From: Saccostrea cucullata
Taxonomy: Eukaryota
Assembly: GCF_032062105.1 (NCBI RefSeq)
Contig: NW_026929448.1
Location: 62,001 to 126,000 of the forward strand
DNA length: 64,000 nucleotides
Direction: 5' to 3'
Under the pieces are notes generated by a model. That model had not been told where the DNA came from and made no database searches. It worked only from the letters and a program-made list of their open reading frames with translations. Shown one piece after another: positions 60,153 through 64,000 of the stretch. Position numbers and translations under genes: made by a program. Numbering within the stretch: the stretch's first letter is position 1; the number at the start of each line of letters is the position of its first letter.

Positions 60153-60249
60153 ATGGTTAAGTTATCTGTTAGACGTTGTTGTGGATTTTGCTGTTTAGTT
60201 TTAGTGTTTTGTTGTTTAATGGTCTTCACCCTACCTGGTTTTTGTCCAG
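60153..60249 (+). CDS. First coding exon of a membrane-anchored or secreted protein (MVKLSVRRCCGFCCLVLVFCCLMVFTLPGFCP); gene continues rightward
   Basis: AAAATGG start context, basic residues then hydrophobic stretch, strong CAG|GTAAGA donor; matching acceptor TTCTCTTACAG ending at 60337. Confidence 0.55.
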
Positions 60250-60841
60250 GTAAGAAATATACGTGTTACACCTATATTAAATACTGATAAAAAGATTAAT
60301 TTAATTTCATGTAAGTAATGAGTCTATTCTCTTACAGATTCACTTTCGTTTACTGTTAGTGAGAACACTTGCACAACATACGCCCACTTTTTTGTTGGTT
60401 ATGGCCCACAGCTATTAGTTTGATGGGAGAAATTCACTTTGAAAGCTTTGATGCCCAATGGCATTTAAGATTTATTTTAACTACACTTTTTGAGATAAGA
60501 CAGCTTACATTTAGATTTTTCTAACTCAACTCGATCACAGACAGTTTTTCTTCCAGTATTGCCTCTTAAAATAGCCCCTCTCTAAAATTTTTGCGCAAGT
60601 TTTAGTTCTTTTTATTTCTTTTTTTTTTTGGTAAATTTTATTTGCATTATCCGTTATTTTGGGTGTGTGTGTCTTCATTGCCCCTCCCCCTCCACATATT
60701 ATCACACTCGAAATTGAGTTTTGAATTTTGTTCCTATTTTGATTTTGCGGCACAACCCCCTTACCCAACAATTTTTTTCTGCCTGTCATTTTCAATGACT
60801 CACACCTGTAAAAAATACTTATTTAGTCAAGAGATATTTTG

Positions 60842-63800
60842 CAGACACTTCCCTTACACACCAGTGTTATATGTGTGTAGACACGTCCCCCACACATCAG
60901 CGTTATATGTGTGTAGACACTTCCCCCACACACCAGTGTTATATATGTATAGACACTTCCCCCACACACCAGTGTTATATGTGTGTAGACACTTCCCCCA
61001 CACACCAGTGTTATATGTGTGTATAGACACTTCCCCCACACACCAGTGTTATATGTATATAGACACTTCCCCTACACACCAGTGTTATATGTGTATAGAC
61101 ACTTCCCCCACACACCAGTTTTATATATGTGTAGACACTTCCCCTACACACCAGTGTTATATGTGTGTATACACTTCCCCCACACACCAGTGTTATATAT
61201 ATGTAGACACTTCCCCCACACACCAGTGTTATATGTGTGTAAACACTTCCCCCACACACCAGTGTTATATGTATATAGACACTTCCCCTACACACCACTG
61301 TTATATGTGTAGACACTTCCCCTACACACCAGTGTTATATGTGACACTTCCCCCACACATCAGTGTTATATGTGTGTAGACACTTCCCCTACACACCAGT
61401 GTTATATGTGTGTAGACACTTCCCCCACACATCAGTGTTATATGTGTGTATAGACACTTCCCCCACACACCAGTGTTATATGTATATAGACACTTCCCCT
61501 ACACACCAGTGTTATATGTGTATAGACACTTCCCCTACACACCAGTGTTATGTGTGAGTAGACACTTCCCCCACAAACCAGTGTTATATGTGAGTAGACA
61601 CTTCCCCCACACATCAGTGTTATATATGTGTAGACACTTCCCCTACACACCAGTGTTATATGTGTGTAGACATTTCTCCCACACACCAGTGTTATATATG
61701 TGTAGACACTTCCCCCACACACCAGTGTTATATGTATATAGACACTTCCCCTACACACCAGTAATATATGTGTAGACACTTCCCCTACACACCAGTGTTG
61801 TATGTGTATAGACACTTCCCCCACACATCAGTGTTATATGTGTGTAGACACTTCCCCCACACACCAGTGTTATATGTGTGTAGACACTTCCCCCACACAC
61901 CAGTGTTATATGTGTGTAGACACGTCCCCCACACACCAGTGTTATATGTGTGTAGACACTTCCCCCACACACCAGTGTTATATGTGTATAGACACTTCCC
62001 CCACACACCAGTGTTATATGTGTGTAGACACTTCCCCCACACACCAGTGTTATATGTGTATAGACACTTCCCCCACACATCAGTGTTATATGTGTGTAGA
62101 CACTTCCCCCACACACCAGTATTATATGTGTGTAGACACTTCCCCCACACACCAGTGTTATATGTGTGTAGACACGTCCCCCACACACCAGTGTTATATG
62201 TGTATAGACACTTCCCCCACACACCAGTGTTATATGTCTGTAGACACTTCCCCCACACACCAGTGTTATATGTGTGTAGACACTTCCCCCACACCCAAGT
62301 GTTATATGTATATAGACACCTCCCCAACACACCAGTGTTATATGTGTAGACACTCCCCCCACACACCAGTGTTATATGTGTATAGACACTTCCCCTACAC
62401 ACCAGTGTTATATGTGTATAGACACTTCCCCCAGACACCAGTGTTATATGTGTGTAGACAAGTCCCCCACACACCAGTGTTATATGTGTAGACACTTCCC
62501 CCACACACCAGTGTTATATGTGTATAGACACTGCCCCTACACACCAGTGTTATATGTGTATAGACACTTCCCCCAGACACCAGTGTTATATGTGTGTAGA
62601 CACTTCCCCCACACACCAGTGTTATATGTGTGTAGACACGTCCCCCACACACCAGTGTTATATGTGTGTAGACACTTCCCCCACACACCAGTGTTATATG
62701 TGTGTAGACACTTCCCCACACACCAGTGTTATATGTATATAGACACATCACCCACACACCAGTGTTATATGTGTGTAGACACTTCCCCCACACACCAGTG
62801 TTAAATGTGCACTTCCCCTACACATCAGTGTTATATGTGTGTAGACACTTCCCCTACACACCAGTGTTATATATGTGTAAACACTTCCCCCACACACCAG
62901 TGTTATATGTGTCGACACTTCCCCCACACACCAGTGTTAAATGTGTATAGACACTTCCCCAACACACCAGTGTTATCTATGTGTAGACACTTCCCTTACA
63001 CATGCACCAGTGTTATATGTGTGTAGACACATCCCCCACACACCAGTGTTATATGTGTGTAGACACTTCCCCCACACACCAGTGTTATATGTGTGTAAAC
63101 ACTTCCCCCACACACCAGTGTGATATGTGTATAGACACGTACCCTACACACCAGTGTTATATGTGAAGACACTTCCCCCACACACGAGTGTTATATGTGT
63201 GTAGACACTTCCCCCACACACCAGTGTTATATGTGTGTAAACACTTCCCCTACACACCAGTGTGAAATGTGTAAAGACACGTCCCCTACACAACAGTGTT
63301 ATATGTGTAGACACTTCCCCCACATACCAGTGTTATATGTGTGTAGACACTTCCCCACACACCATTGTTATATATGTGTAAACACTTCCCCCACACACCA
63401 CTGTTATATGTGTGTAGACACTTCCCCTACACACCAGTGTGATATGTGTATAGACACGTCCCCTACACACCAGTGTTATAGGTGTAGACACTTCCCCCAC
63501 ACACCAGTGTTATATGTGTGTAGACACTTTCCCCACACACCAGTGTTATATGTGTGTAGACACTTCCCCCAAACACCAGTGTTATATAAGTGTAGACACT
63601 TCCCCCACACACCAGTGCTATATGTGTGTAGACACTTCCCCCACACACCAGTGTTATATATGTGTAGACACTTCCCCCACACACCACTGTTATATGTGTG
63701 TAGACACTTCCCCCACACACCAGTGTTATATGTGTGTAAACACTTCCCCAACACACCAGTGTTATATGTGTGTAGACACTTCCCTTATACACCAGTGTTA

Positions 63801-64000
63801 TATATGTGTAGACACTTTCCCCACACACCAGTGTTATATGTGTGTAAACACTTCCCCCACACACCAGTGTTATATGTGTGTAGACACTTCCCCCACACAC
63901 CAGTGTTATATATGTGTAGACACTTCTCCAACACACCAGTGTTATATGTGTGTAGACACTTCCTCCACACACCAGTGTTATATATGTGTAAACGCTTCCC
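60842..64000. repeat. >3.1-kb minisatellite, 36-bp unit (34/38-bp variants) AGACACTTCCCCCACACACCAGTGTTATATGTGTGT, running off the window
   Basis: Direct reading; 12-aa periodicity in spurious ORFs. Confidence 0.97.

Noticed and set aside
60642-63972. Many overlapping ORFs with CRHFPHTPVLYV / CGGSVYTHITLV repeats
   Set aside because: By-products of a stop-poor 36-bp satellite, open in several frames on both strands with frequent frameshifts.

Overview
AT-rich eukaryotic genomic DNA, very probably an oyster (Ostreidae), judged from HINE/Helentron-type repeats, Nin/Deu-type SINEs and Penelope-like fragments typical of bivalves. Host genes: (i) the 5' four exons of an aldo-keto reductase (minus strand, continuing off the left edge); (ii) a two-exon secreted 12-Cys peptide gene with an adjacent pseudogene copy; (iii) three intronless class-A GPCRs; (iv) a four-exon gene joining signal peptide + Sushi/CCP-like module + IFI6/IFI27 (ISG12) domain; (v) the first exon of a membrane-anchored protein near the right edge. 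Mobile DNA includes an intact DDE_Tnp_4+SWIM transposase, two 5'-truncated LINEs and many MITEs, several with clear TSDs (IS3EU-, hAT-, Kolobok- and TA-type) plus Crypton-like palindromes. The most unusual pattern is tandem arrays anchored exactly on splice junctions: all four boundaries of AKR exons 3 and 4 are repeated into the introns as stacks of complete splice sites. The >3 kb 36-bp satellite at the right end has the same acceptor-plus-exon-start anatomy inside an intron of a plus-strand gene. All exon models were derived by eye from the sequence and lack transcript support.
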